A stretch of 64,000 nucleotides of DNA, from assembly GCA_963806855.1 (NCBI GenBank), contig CAWDYW010000001.1:992001-1056000 (forward strand), read 5' to 3'. This stretch comes from an uncultured Verrucomicrobiae bacterium (GTDB lineage Bacteria > Chlamydiota > Chlamydiia > Chlamydiales > Rhabdochlamydiaceae). Shown one piece after another: positions 1 to 8,090 of this stretch (positions are counted from its first letter, which is position 1; each line of letters starts with the position of its first letter). The notes under the pieces are model-generated. The model was not told the origin of the DNA and did no database searches. It worked only from the letters and a program-made list of their open reading frames with translations. The translations under genes were made by a program, and so were the position numbers.

Positions 1-509
1 ATATTCCAGTCCTTTCGCTCGTCGATACTCCAGGGGCTTTTGCCGGACTGGCGGCTGAGGAGAGGGGACAAGGATGGGCGATTGCCAAGAATCTCATGGA
101 AATGGCCCAGCTTCCAACTCCCATCATCGTTGTCCTCATTGGAGAGGGGTGCTCAGGCGGAGCGCTCGGAATCGCAGTCGGTGATCGAGTGGCGATGCTC
201 GAGCATGCCTACTACTCGGTGATCTCCCCAGAAGGATGTGCCTCTATTCTTTGGAAAGATAGCCAGAAAAAAGAGACCGCAGCAGAAGTATTAAAAATTC
301 ATGCGGAAGATTTGATGCCGCTCGGCGTGATCGATGAAATCATTGATGAGCCACGGGGCGGAGCCCACCATGATCCTGCTGAAATCTATCAAAGCGTCAA
401 AAAATATATTCTTTCGACTGTCTCCGAACTCAAAATGATCCCTATTGAAACTCTGCTAGAGCAGCGTTACCAAAAATTTCGACAAATTGGTAAGTTTAAA
501 GTAGAATAG
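1..509 (+). CDS. accA: Acetyl-CoA carboxylase carboxyltransferase alpha subunit (5' end outside window)
   Basis: [41 protein letters not shown] and EPRGGAH motifs; frame stays open upstream of the ORF-track start (VDTPGA). Confidence 0.95.
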   Translation, partial: IPVLSLVDTPGAFAGLAAEERGQGWAIAKNLMEMAQLPTPIIVVLIGEGCSGGALGIAVGDRVAMLEHAYYSVISPEGCASILWKDSQKKETAAEVLKIHAEDLMPLGVIDEIIDEPRGGAHHDPAEIYQSVKKYILSTVSELKMIPIETLLEQRYQKFRQIGKFKVE

Positions 510-541
510 AAGGCGACTTTCAGTTATAAATACAATTCAAC

Positions 542-2473
542 ATGAAGCTCTTACTTAAACTCGCGGTTCGCAGCAGAAAGCACCTATCTCTTTTGATTGC
601 GACCTTTTTAACTCTGATTGCCCTCACCATCGCTTCCCAGATGGAGATGTTTGCACTCGGCATCATGTCTAATTCTGGAGCCGATTTCTTCACCCTGTTT
701 TCCAAAGATCAGGAAAAGTTGACCTCCCAAAACTCGATCACTTTGGAAGATGTCCAGAACAAATGGGGCGCAATCGACCAAAAAAACCAGGGCGAGATCA
801 CCAAACAAGATGTTGCCTCTTATTTCGCAAGCAAGAAAGAGACCAATCCGCTCAACTGGGTGCTCAACAAGGTCAAAAGGCACTTCGATGTCTCTGGCAA
901 CTTCTCTTTACTTGTGATCCTGTTGATTTCCGTTGCGATCTTTAAAGCCGTCTGGCTATTTGCAAGCCGCTACATGACCCAGCTGCTCGCTATTCGGATC
1001 AGCCGCGATTTGCGCCAATATTATTTTGAACATATCCAGTCCCTTCCGATGAGCTTCTATCATCAATACAATATCGGAACCCTGTCCTCCCGCGTGGTTG
1101 GCGATGCTGCCCAGATTTCGCAGTCAATCAACTCTTGTTTGACCAACTATCTTCAGTCGCCATTTACGATCTCCACTTGCCTCCTTACCTGTTTTTTCCT
1201 CTCCTGGAAGCTCTCGATGGTGATTTTTTTCGGAGTCCCATTGATCATCATGCCGATCATCTTCTTGGCGCGCCGCGTCAAACGGGTCTCTCGACAACTT
1301 CAGCGCAACCAAGAGCGCTTTGCCTCGGTTCTGATCGACTTTTTAGCCGGTATCCAGACTGTCAAGATTTTCTCCATGGAGCTCTTCTCCCTGAAAAAAT
1401 ACAAAGAGCAAAATGACCGGATGGCTGTCCTCGAGAGCAAAACCGCCAAATATGGCCTCTTGACCCGTCCGATTCTCCATGCGATCACCACGCTTTGCCT
1501 GGCAATTGTTGTCCTCTTTGGCCTCCATACCCTCGGCATGCCTGTCTCCGAGCTGATTGTCTTTTGTGCCCTCCTCCACCTCTCTTATGAGCCAGTGAAA
1601 AAATTCGCAGAAGAAAACGCCAATATCCAGCGGGGAATCGTTGCTGCTGAGCGGATGTTTGAGGTGCTCAACATCAAACCTCTAATTGAGGACAAAGATG
1701 GGGCTCTCGCCCTCACGAGCTTTAATGATACAATCGAATTTTCTCACGTTTGGTTCCGCTATGAAGGGGATTGGGTGCTGAAAGATCTCAGCTTTACCGT
1801 CCGCAAAGGTGAAACAGTCGCCATCGTCGGTCCAACCGGTGCCGGCAAATCGACCATCGTCCAGCTCCTGCCCCGCCTCTATGAAGTGGAGAAAGGTCAG
1901 ATCCGCATCGATGGCATACCGGTCACGGAATACACGCAAGCATCGCTGCGCAATACGATCGCCTTCGTCTCTCAGAAACCTTTCCTCTTCTGTGATACTG
2001 TCGCAGGGAATATTGCCTTTGGCCGCGATTTTCCCTCATCTGAGATCATCAACGCCGCTAAACGGGCCCATGCTGACGAATTCATCCAAAATCTGCCCGA
2101 GAAATACGATACAGTCCTCGCCGAAGCGGGGCAAAATCTCTCCGGGGGCCAACAGCAGCGTCTCGCAATTGCCCGCGCGCTGGTCAAAAACGCCCCAATT
2201 CTCATCCTCGACGAGGCTACCTCTGCCCTCGATGCCCTTAGCGAAAACCGGATCAAGAAAGCGATCTCGGAGCTCCATGGCGAAGTGACCCAAATCATCA
2301 TCGCCCACCGGCTGGCGACCATCGAGCATGCCGACCGGATCATCTACCTTGAGCATGGGGTCAAACTCGCTGAAGGAACCCGCCATGAGCTGCTCGAAAA
2401 CTGCCCCCCTTTCCGCCTCATGTGGGAAGCCATGTTCCGCATGAAAGAGTCGCAAGAAGCCGCCACCCATTGA
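542..2473 (+). CDS. msbA: MsbA-like ABC exporter (TMD + NBD)
   Basis: TM helices, Walker A GPTGAGKST, LSGGQQQR signature, ILILDEATS Walker B; follows accA as in Chlamydia. Confidence 0.85.
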   Translation: MKLLLKLAVRSRKHLSLLIATFLTLIALTIASQMEMFALGIMSNSGADFFTLFSKDQEKLTSQNSITLEDVQNKWGAIDQKNQGEITKQDVASYFASKKETNPLNWVLNKVKRHFDVSGNFSLLVILLISVAIFKAVWLFASRYMTQLLAIRISRDLRQYYFEHIQSLPMSFYHQYNIGTLSSRVVGDAAQISQSINSCLTNYLQSPFTISTCLLTCFFLSWKLSMVIFFGVPLIIMPIIFLARRVKRVSRQLQRNQERFASVLIDFLAGIQTVKIFSMELFSLKKYKEQNDRMAVLESKTAKYGLLTRPILHAITTLCLAIVVLFGLHTLGMPVSELIVFCALLHLSYEPVKKFAEENANIQRGIVAAERMFEVLNIKPLIEDKDGALALTSFNDTIEFSHVWFRYEGDWVLKDLSFTVRKGETVAIVGPTGAGKSTIVQLLPRLYEVEKGQIRIDGIPVTEYTQASLRNTIAFVSQKPFLFCDTVAGNIAFGRDFPSSEIINAAKRAHADEFIQNLPEKYDTVLAEAGQNLSGGQQQRLAIARALVKNAPILILDEATSALDALSENRIKKAISELHGEVTQIIIAHRLATIEHADRIIYLEHGVKLAEGTRHELLENCPPFRLMWEAMFRMKESQEAATH

Positions 2474-2507
2474 TTATTAATTAGTTAGATGTGAATATTA
2501 TATTGAT

Positions 2508-2547
2508 TGACCTATATAATCGGTGATATGACCTATAATAGAGGTGA
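2508..2547. promoter_or_regulatory. Two tandem imperfect palindromes TGACC-N9-GGTGA, candidate operator
   Basis: tgacctatataatcggtga (2508-2526) and tgacctataatagaggtga (2529-2547), 21 bp apart, just upstream of ATG 2551. Confidence 0.45.
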
Positions 2548-2550
2548 ATA

Positions 2551-2744
2551 ATGCTAGAGTCAGTATTTTAGAGGGGAAAACTCGGGTGTATCAATTCAAC
2601 CCAAGATATCCATTTTTAAAAGAATTGAAGGAATTTTTAGAGAAGGCTTATGCATTTTTACCAGATGAAATACGTGAAAAATATTATAAACCGAAAATTA
2701 GGCAAAGGCCTCGAAGACGAGGAAAACCCCTGTTTTTATGTTAA
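2551..2744 (+). pseudogene. Internally deleted winged-helix-type protein remnant
   Basis: GAGGTG then ATG CTA GAG (MLE..) stops after 6 codons; another frame gives SILEGKTRVYQFNPRYPFLKELKEFLEKAY...RPRRRGKPL, resembling the C-terminal half of a chlamydial wHTH family (recognised from memory). Confidence 0.5.
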
Positions 2745-3128
2745 AGCCCGATGGGATTTAATCAAATAGACCAATAAAAATACCCCGATCAAGAAGACGA
2801 AGATCATCAGCAAGGTGTCAAGAAGAAGAGAAGATTGATAGTTCTCTTCTTTGATTTGCCTCTCAGTTCGTTTGAACTTGAAGAAGGAAAAGAGGCAAAG
2901 GATTGCTCCCAAGGCAACCAGCGAGATCCCGAAGAGGGAAGAATAGCTTTGGATTGCTGCTGAGGGCTTTTCTGCCGCTTTGCCAAGAAATATCGCCACT
3001 TGCTGTACAAAAAACGAAAACTTCTCGACGACGAACCCAAAGGCCATAATGCCTAGATTGGTCCTGATCCAGGCGAGGTAGGTCCTTTCGTTTGCTAGGT
3101 GGTCGGTGACGTGTTGCTTTTTGTTCAC
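2736..3128 (-). CDS. YidH/DUF202 family inner-membrane protein
   Basis: DHLANERTYLAWIRT motif, three TM segments. Confidence 0.9.
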   Translation of the reverse strand: MNKKQHVTDHLANERTYLAWIRTNLGIMAFGFVVEKFSFFVQQVAIFLGKAAEKPSAAIQSYSSLFGISLVALGAILCLFSFFKFKRTERQIKEENYQSSLLLDTLLMIFVFLIGVFLLVYLIKSHRALT

Positions 3129-3814
3129 AGAACCCCTAGCTTTTCAAAACTCTCTTTGAGCTCTTTATTTTGTGGCTTATCGAAGGCGCCGCTCTCGGCG
3201 AGCCAGGCCACATATGTTTTGGGGATATCTTTGAGCGGTTTTCCTTGGTGTTTGCCAAAGGGCATCCGGTCGAGCGATTTCTGCACAGAGATGAGATGCA
3301 GAACGGTCTCGATGGGCAAGTCGTCGATCATGCGGGAGAAGATTTGGTAGAGGACCATCACGTCGTCAAGGGCCCGGTGGGCGTTGTTGGCTTCGATCCC
3401 GTACACTTCGCGTAAGTGTTGAAGAGAGTGGCGGGGGAGGTCTGGGCGGTAGCGGCGGGACCATTTCAAACTATCGAGATAGATCCAATTGGGGATGGCG
3501 AGGTCGCTGCGCTTGAATTCAGCTTCGATGAACAGTTTGTCAAAGCTCTCATTGTTGTGGGCGATTAGGACGGTGTTGGGAGGGCAAAATTCGGCAAACG
3601 CTTGCCCGACTTCTTTGAACGAGAGAGCTGAGGAGACCATTTCGTTGGAAATATTGTGGATAGCGGTCGCTTCTGCGGGGATTGGGATGCCGGGGTTGAT
3701 GAACTCGCAGAAAGAGCGATTTTCGATGGGGTCGTAGGCGGCAAGCTCGATGACTCGATCTTTGTCAAATCGTATGCCGGTTGTCTCGGTATCGTAATAA
3801 ATGGGTCTCTTCAT
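3125..3814 (-). CDS. dnaQ: DEDDh 3'-5' exonuclease (DNA Pol III epsilon-like) with C-terminal MPFGKH (DUF3820-like) module
   Basis: YYDTETTG, AHNNESFD and HRALDD Exo I-III motifs. Confidence 0.85.
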   Translation of the reverse strand: MKRPIYYDTETTGIRFDKDRVIELAAYDPIENRSFCEFINPGIPIPAEATAIHNISNEMVSSALSFKEVGQAFAEFCPPNTVLIAHNNESFDKLFIEAEFKRSDLAIPNWIYLDSLKWSRRYRPDLPRHSLQHLREVYGIEANNAHRALDDVMVLYQIFSRMIDDLPIETVLHLISVQKSLDRMPFGKHQGKPLKDIPKTYVAWLAESGAFDKPQNKELKESFEKLGVL

Positions 3815-3860
3815 GAAAATAAATTTGCAATAATTTAGGTTAAATTTCTATCATTTTCAG

Positions 3861-4439
3861 GTGATGAAAAAATTTTTCCTCCTATTTCTGTTGATCCCAA
3901 TTGTGATCTTTGGTGAGCAGGCCGAGTGCAAGGTGTTTTTTTCCCCGAGAGATCAATTGGCCGATCGGCTGATTGAGTTGATTCAGAGGGAGGACAAGAG
4001 CATTAAGGTGGCAATTTATTCGATGACCCATTTAGGGATAGCTAAAGCACTCGCCGAGGCAAGGGAGCGTGGCGTGGCGATCGAGGTGATTGTCGACCCC
4101 TCCTGCGTGAAGAATCGGTCGTCGATCCAGCGGCTGATTGCGGCGCAGGTGCCGCTGTTTGTCTGGGACTTAGGGATCCGGATGGCAGAGGGGAAGCGGC
4201 GAGGGCTGATGCATGACAAATTTTGTATTTTTGGCGATCACATCGTCTGGACCGGCTCGTTTAATTTCACGCAGGATGCCCATTTGAAACATCAGGAAAA
4301 TGCGGTCGCCCTCGATAGTCGGGAAGTAGCTCAAAAATATCTTATGCAGTTTGCACAGATGAAGCTCTATGAGAGCCGCCCCTATCATGAATTTTTAGCT
4401 TTATACCCGAAGAAAAAAGGGACAAAAAAAATCAAATAG
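3861..4439 (+). CDS. Single-domain phospholipase D/Nuc-family protein with signal peptide
   Basis: MHDKFCIFGD...WTGSFNFT...EN motif; hydrophobic N-terminus. Confidence 0.85.
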   Translation: MMKKFFLLFLLIPIVIFGEQAECKVFFSPRDQLADRLIELIQREDKSIKVAIYSMTHLGIAKALAEARERGVAIEVIVDPSCVKNRSSIQRLIAAQVPLFVWDLGIRMAEGKRRGLMHDKFCIFGDHIVWTGSFNFTQDAHLKHQENAVALDSREVAQKYLMQFAQMKLYESRPYHEFLALYPKKKGTKKIK

Positions 4440-4468
4440 TCGATATGCTGATAAGGGAGGAAGTGAAG

Positions 4469-4618
4469 ATGAAAATAGCAATTGTAGTGATTTTGCTCAG
4501 CGGTGTACTGGTAGGGTGTTCTCCTGGAATGTACGATGATAATTTGAGCGCAGTTCCAGTGACCAATAATCCAAATATTATCCCAAGAAGTCAAACAGCT
4601 CAGGGGCCTGGGTTTTAA
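4469..4618 (+). CDS. Small 49-aa lipoprotein (below ORF-track cut-off)
   Basis: GGGAGG SD at 4455-4460; MKIAIVVILLSGVLVGCSPGMYDDNLSAVPVTNNPNIIPRSQTAQGPGF; lipobox LVGC; stop overlaps pdhA start (TAATG). Confidence 0.75.
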   Translation: MKIAIVVILLSGVLVGCSPGMYDDNLSAVPVTNNPNIIPRSQTAQGPGF

Positions 4619-5661
4619 TGGTGAAAAACAAAAAAGATGAGATCCATTTCTTTGCTCACGACATTGAAAAGATTGTCAAACAGCTTGGAAAAGAAAAGCT
4701 GATCGAGTGCTTAAAGAAGATGCTCTTGATCCGCAATTTTGAAATTCGGGCGGAATCGGCTTATTTGCAAGGGAAGGTGGGAGGATTTTTCCACTCCTAT
4801 ATTGGCCAAGAGGCGATTCAGACCTCTGCTGTGCAGGTGATGGGTATTAAGCAATGGTGGGTCACTACCTATCGCTGCCATGCACTCGCTCTTCTGCTCG
4901 GTGCGACGCCGAATGAACTCATGGCTGAACTCTATGGAAGGGCAAGTGGAAATGCGCTTGGACGTGGTGGTTCGATGCACTTTTTCACTGAGGATCTATT
5001 GGGCGGTTTTGGTATCGTCGGCGGTCAAATTCCGATTGCGACCGGCGCTGCCTTTGCTATCGATTATAAGAAGAAATTTCCAAAAATCAATGTTGCTTCA
5101 AAAGATGTGGCGATCTGCTTTATGGGAGATGGGGCGGTTGCTCAAGGCGCCTTTCACGAGTCGCTCAACATCGCCTCGCTCTGGAATCTCCCCTGCATTT
5201 ATGTGATCGAGAATAATGAGTGGGGAATGGGGACGCATGTCGATCGGGCTATTTCTGTCCGGGGGATTGCTGAGACCAAAGCGCCTGGCTATGGGATGAA
5301 AGGATACACCTTTGACGGGATGGACTTTTTTAACTGCTACGCTGGCTTTGCACATGTCTTTGAAGAGGTGAAAAAGAGCTCGAGACCTGTGTTGATTGAG
5401 GTGCTCACTGAGCGATTCAAGGGCCACTCAATTTCTGATCCTGCGCTCTATCGTTCGAAAGAGGAGCTCTCCAAATGCATGGAGCGGGATCCTCTCAATA
5501 TCCTGGTCAAGACCCTCATGTCCTTCAAGATGCTCAAGGAAGAGGAATATAAAGAGATTGACAAAGAGCAAAAAGAGATTGTGATGGCAGCGATGAAATA
5601 TGCGGAAGATTCTCCCTGGCCAGACCCGATCACTTTAGAAGAAGATGTTTTTGCCCCTTAA
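4618..5661 (+). CDS. pdhA: Pyruvate dehydrogenase E1 alpha
   Basis: GFFHSYIGQEA, GRGGSMH, TPP motif GDGA...ENN, RFKGHSISDP. Confidence 0.95.
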   Translation: MVKNKKDEIHFFAHDIEKIVKQLGKEKLIECLKKMLLIRNFEIRAESAYLQGKVGGFFHSYIGQEAIQTSAVQVMGIKQWWVTTYRCHALALLLGATPNELMAELYGRASGNALGRGGSMHFFTEDLLGGFGIVGGQIPIATGAAFAIDYKKKFPKINVASKDVAICFMGDGAVAQGAFHESLNIASLWNLPCIYVIENNEWGMGTHVDRAISVRGIAETKAPGYGMKGYTFDGMDFFNCYAGFAHVFEEVKKSSRPVLIEVLTERFKGHSISDPALYRSKEELSKCMERDPLNILVKTLMSFKMLKEEEYKEIDKEQKEIVMAAMKYAEDSPWPDPITLEEDVFAP

Positions 5662-5667
5662 GGAACT

Positions 5668-6650
5668 ATGGGAACACAAGTAGTTGAAATTCGAGAAGCG
5701 ATTCGACAAGCCATCGACGAAGAGATGACACGCGATGAGCGGTCTTCATCATCGGTGAAGAGGTGGCCGAATACAATGGCGCCTACAAGGTGACCAAAGG
5801 AATGCTCGACAAATGGGGACAAAGATCGGGTGATCGATACACCGATTGCCGAACTTGGCTTTGCTGGCCTGGCGATCGGGGCGGCGATGGCGGCCTCCGT
5901 CCGATTGTCGAATTCATGAGCTTTAACTTCTCTTTTGTCGGGGGCGACCAGATTATCTCTAATGCGATTAAGATGTATTACATGTCGGGAAGACGTTTTC
6001 AGGTCCCGATTGTCTTCCGCGGGCCGAATGGCGCTGCAGCGCAGGTCTCTTCCCAACACTCCCACTGCGTCGAGGCGATTTACGGCAATCTGCCAGGCCT
6101 TATCATCGTGGCTCCAAGCAACGCCTATGATGCCAAAGGGCTGCTCAAGTCCGCCATTCGCAACAACAACCCGGTCCTCTTTTTAGAGAACGAGCTCTCC
6201 TATGGCGGCAAAGATGGAAATCCCCACTGAGGAGTATCTTGGTCCCCATTGGAAAAGCCAAGGTTGTCCGCGAAGGCAAACACATTACCCTCATTTCTCA
6301 TAGTCGGATGGTCGAACTCTGCAAAGAGGCAGCCAGCGAGCTGGCTAAAAAGGGGATTGAGGTCGAGGTCATCGATCTGCGGACGATCAAGCCTCTCGAT
6401 ATTGCGACGATTGCCGATTCTGTTCGAAAAACCCATCTCTGCGCCCTTGTTGAAGAGGGACATGTTTTTGCCGGCATCTGTGCTGAAGTGGGCTTTTTAA
6501 TTCAAGAGCACTGCTTCGATTATCCTCGATGCTCCTATCGAGCGCGTATGCCAGAGAGAAACCCCGATGCCCTATTCAAAAGTGCTCGAAAAAGAGACCA
6601 TGCCAACAAAAGAGCGGATCATCGCCGCACTCAATAAACTTTTGCGCTAA
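5668..6650 (+). CDS. pdhB: Pyruvate dehydrogenase E1 beta, broken here by about six single-base indels (probably sequencing errors)
   Basis: Pieces IREAIRQAIDEEM / IGEEVAEYNGAYKVT / DTPIAELGFAG / RPIVEFMSFNFS / EVIDLRTIKPLD / LDAPIERVCQRETPMPYS lie in shifting frames; no in-frame stop after correction. Confidence 0.9.
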
Positions 6651-6662
6651 CGGAGAGACAAG

Positions 6663-7952
6663 ATGCCCTTTACAGTGACCATGCCAAAACTCTCCCCCAC
6701 AATGGAAGAGGGGACAATTGCCAAATGGAGAATCAAAGAGGGTACCCACGTCAAGGCCGGAGATGTGATCGTCGAGGTCGCTACCGATAAAGCGACCGTC
6801 GAACAAGCCGCCATCGATGAAGGCTACTTGCGCAAGATTATCATCCACGAAGGCGAGTCTGCCATCGTCAATCAGCCCATTGCGATTTTCACTGAAAAGG
6901 CAGATGAGAGCATTGTGGGATATAAGCCGGAAGGGGAGGCCCCTGCTCCAGAAGCCGCAGAAGCGAAGGTTGAGGAGAAAAAGGAAGTCGCAACCGCGCC
7001 GGCAGTAAAAACAGCAGCAATGCAACAACCAGCCTTTGTTCCAGAGCCACCCTTGGAAAGCTACACGATTGCCGGACCTACTGCTCCAATTCAGGGAAGA
7101 ATTCCCGCTTCCCCCCTCGCTCGAAAACTTGCCCGTGAAAAAGGTATTGATCTTTCGTCGATCAAAGGATCTGGCCCACAAGGAAGGATCATGAGCCGTG
7201 ACCTCGAAACGGGGCAGCCGGAAGCGCTTGTCAGTTTTTATCATGATGAAATACCCACGCTGGCTCCAGGGACCTTCGAGGAGCAGCCTCTGAACCAGAT
7301 GCGCAAAGCCATTGGGCGCCGTCTGCAGGAATCGAAAACCTTCATTCCCCACTTCTATGTGACGCAGGAGATCGATGCCGAGCCGATGGTCCACTTGCGC
7401 GAACAATTTAAAGTGGGCGGCATCAAAGTCACGATCAACGATTTCATCATCCGAGCAGTAGCTCTAGCCTTAAGACAGCATCCAGAAGCCAACAGCGGAT
7501 ACAATTCGGTGACCCCAGCGATTATCCGTTTCAAGACGATCGACATTTCAGTCGCCGTGAGCTTGCCCGATGGGCTGATCACTCCCATCATCCGGCACGC
7601 CGACTACAAGAACCTCGCTGAGATCTCTTCTGAGATCAGAAGCCTTGTCAAGCGAGCCAAAGAGGGGAAATTAGCCCGTGAGGAATATATGGGTGGATCC
7701 TTCTCGATCTCAAATTTAGGGATGTATGGAGTGAGAGACTTTACTGCCATCATTAATCCTCCTCAAGCGGCGATCCTGTCGGTCGGAGGCATCCAGGAGA
7801 AACCTGTCGTTAGGAAGGGACAAGTAGTGCCAGGGAAGACCATTTCGGTCACTTTAGGGGCTGACCACCGAGTGATGGATGGGGTCGATTCAGCGAAGTT
7901 CTTGCAGACACTGCAGAAATTCATTGAGAACCCTTCACTGCTAGTGGTTTAG
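6663..7952 (+). CDS. pdhC: Pyruvate dehydrogenase E2 dihydrolipoamide acetyltransferase
   Basis: Lipoyl domain EVATDKA, E3-binding ASPLARKLA, catalytic DHRVMDG. Confidence 0.95.
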   Translation: MPFTVTMPKLSPTMEEGTIAKWRIKEGTHVKAGDVIVEVATDKATVEQAAIDEGYLRKIIIHEGESAIVNQPIAIFTEKADESIVGYKPEGEAPAPEAAEAKVEEKKEVATAPAVKTAAMQQPAFVPEPPLESYTIAGPTAPIQGRIPASPLARKLAREKGIDLSSIKGSGPQGRIMSRDLETGQPEALVSFYHDEIPTLAPGTFEEQPLNQMRKAIGRRLQESKTFIPHFYVTQEIDAEPMVHLREQFKVGGIKVTINDFIIRAVALALRQHPEANSGYNSVTPAIIRFKTIDISVAVSLPDGLITPIIRHADYKNLAEISSEIRSLVKRAKEGKLAREEYMGGSFSISNLGMYGVRDFTAIINPPQAAILSVGGIQEKPVVRKGQVVPGKTISVTLGADHRVMDGVDSAKFLQTLQKFIENPSLLVV

Positions 7953-7964
7953 CAAAAAAAATAT

Positions 7965-8071
7965 TTATCACCACAGAGAGCACAGAGGACACGGAGGAAA
8001 AAATTTTCAAGTTCCCTATAGAAGGCAGGCCATTTTTTTCTCTGTGTCCTCTGTGCTCTCTGTGGTGATAA
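7965..8071. repeat. REP-like palindrome (CACAGAG family), 32-bp arms; may also act as bidirectional terminator
   Basis: ttatcaccacagagagcacagaggacacggag (7965-7996) pairs with 8040-8071, one G-U mismatch; lies between convergent genes. Confidence 0.85.
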
Positions 8072-8090
8072 TTTTTTGGTTTTTAGAGAG

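Noticed and set aside
4212..4238. PLD motif HDKFCIFGD with Asp shifted by one position as sign of inactivation
   Set aside because: Catalytic His, Lys and GSxN are intact; this variation alone is not informative
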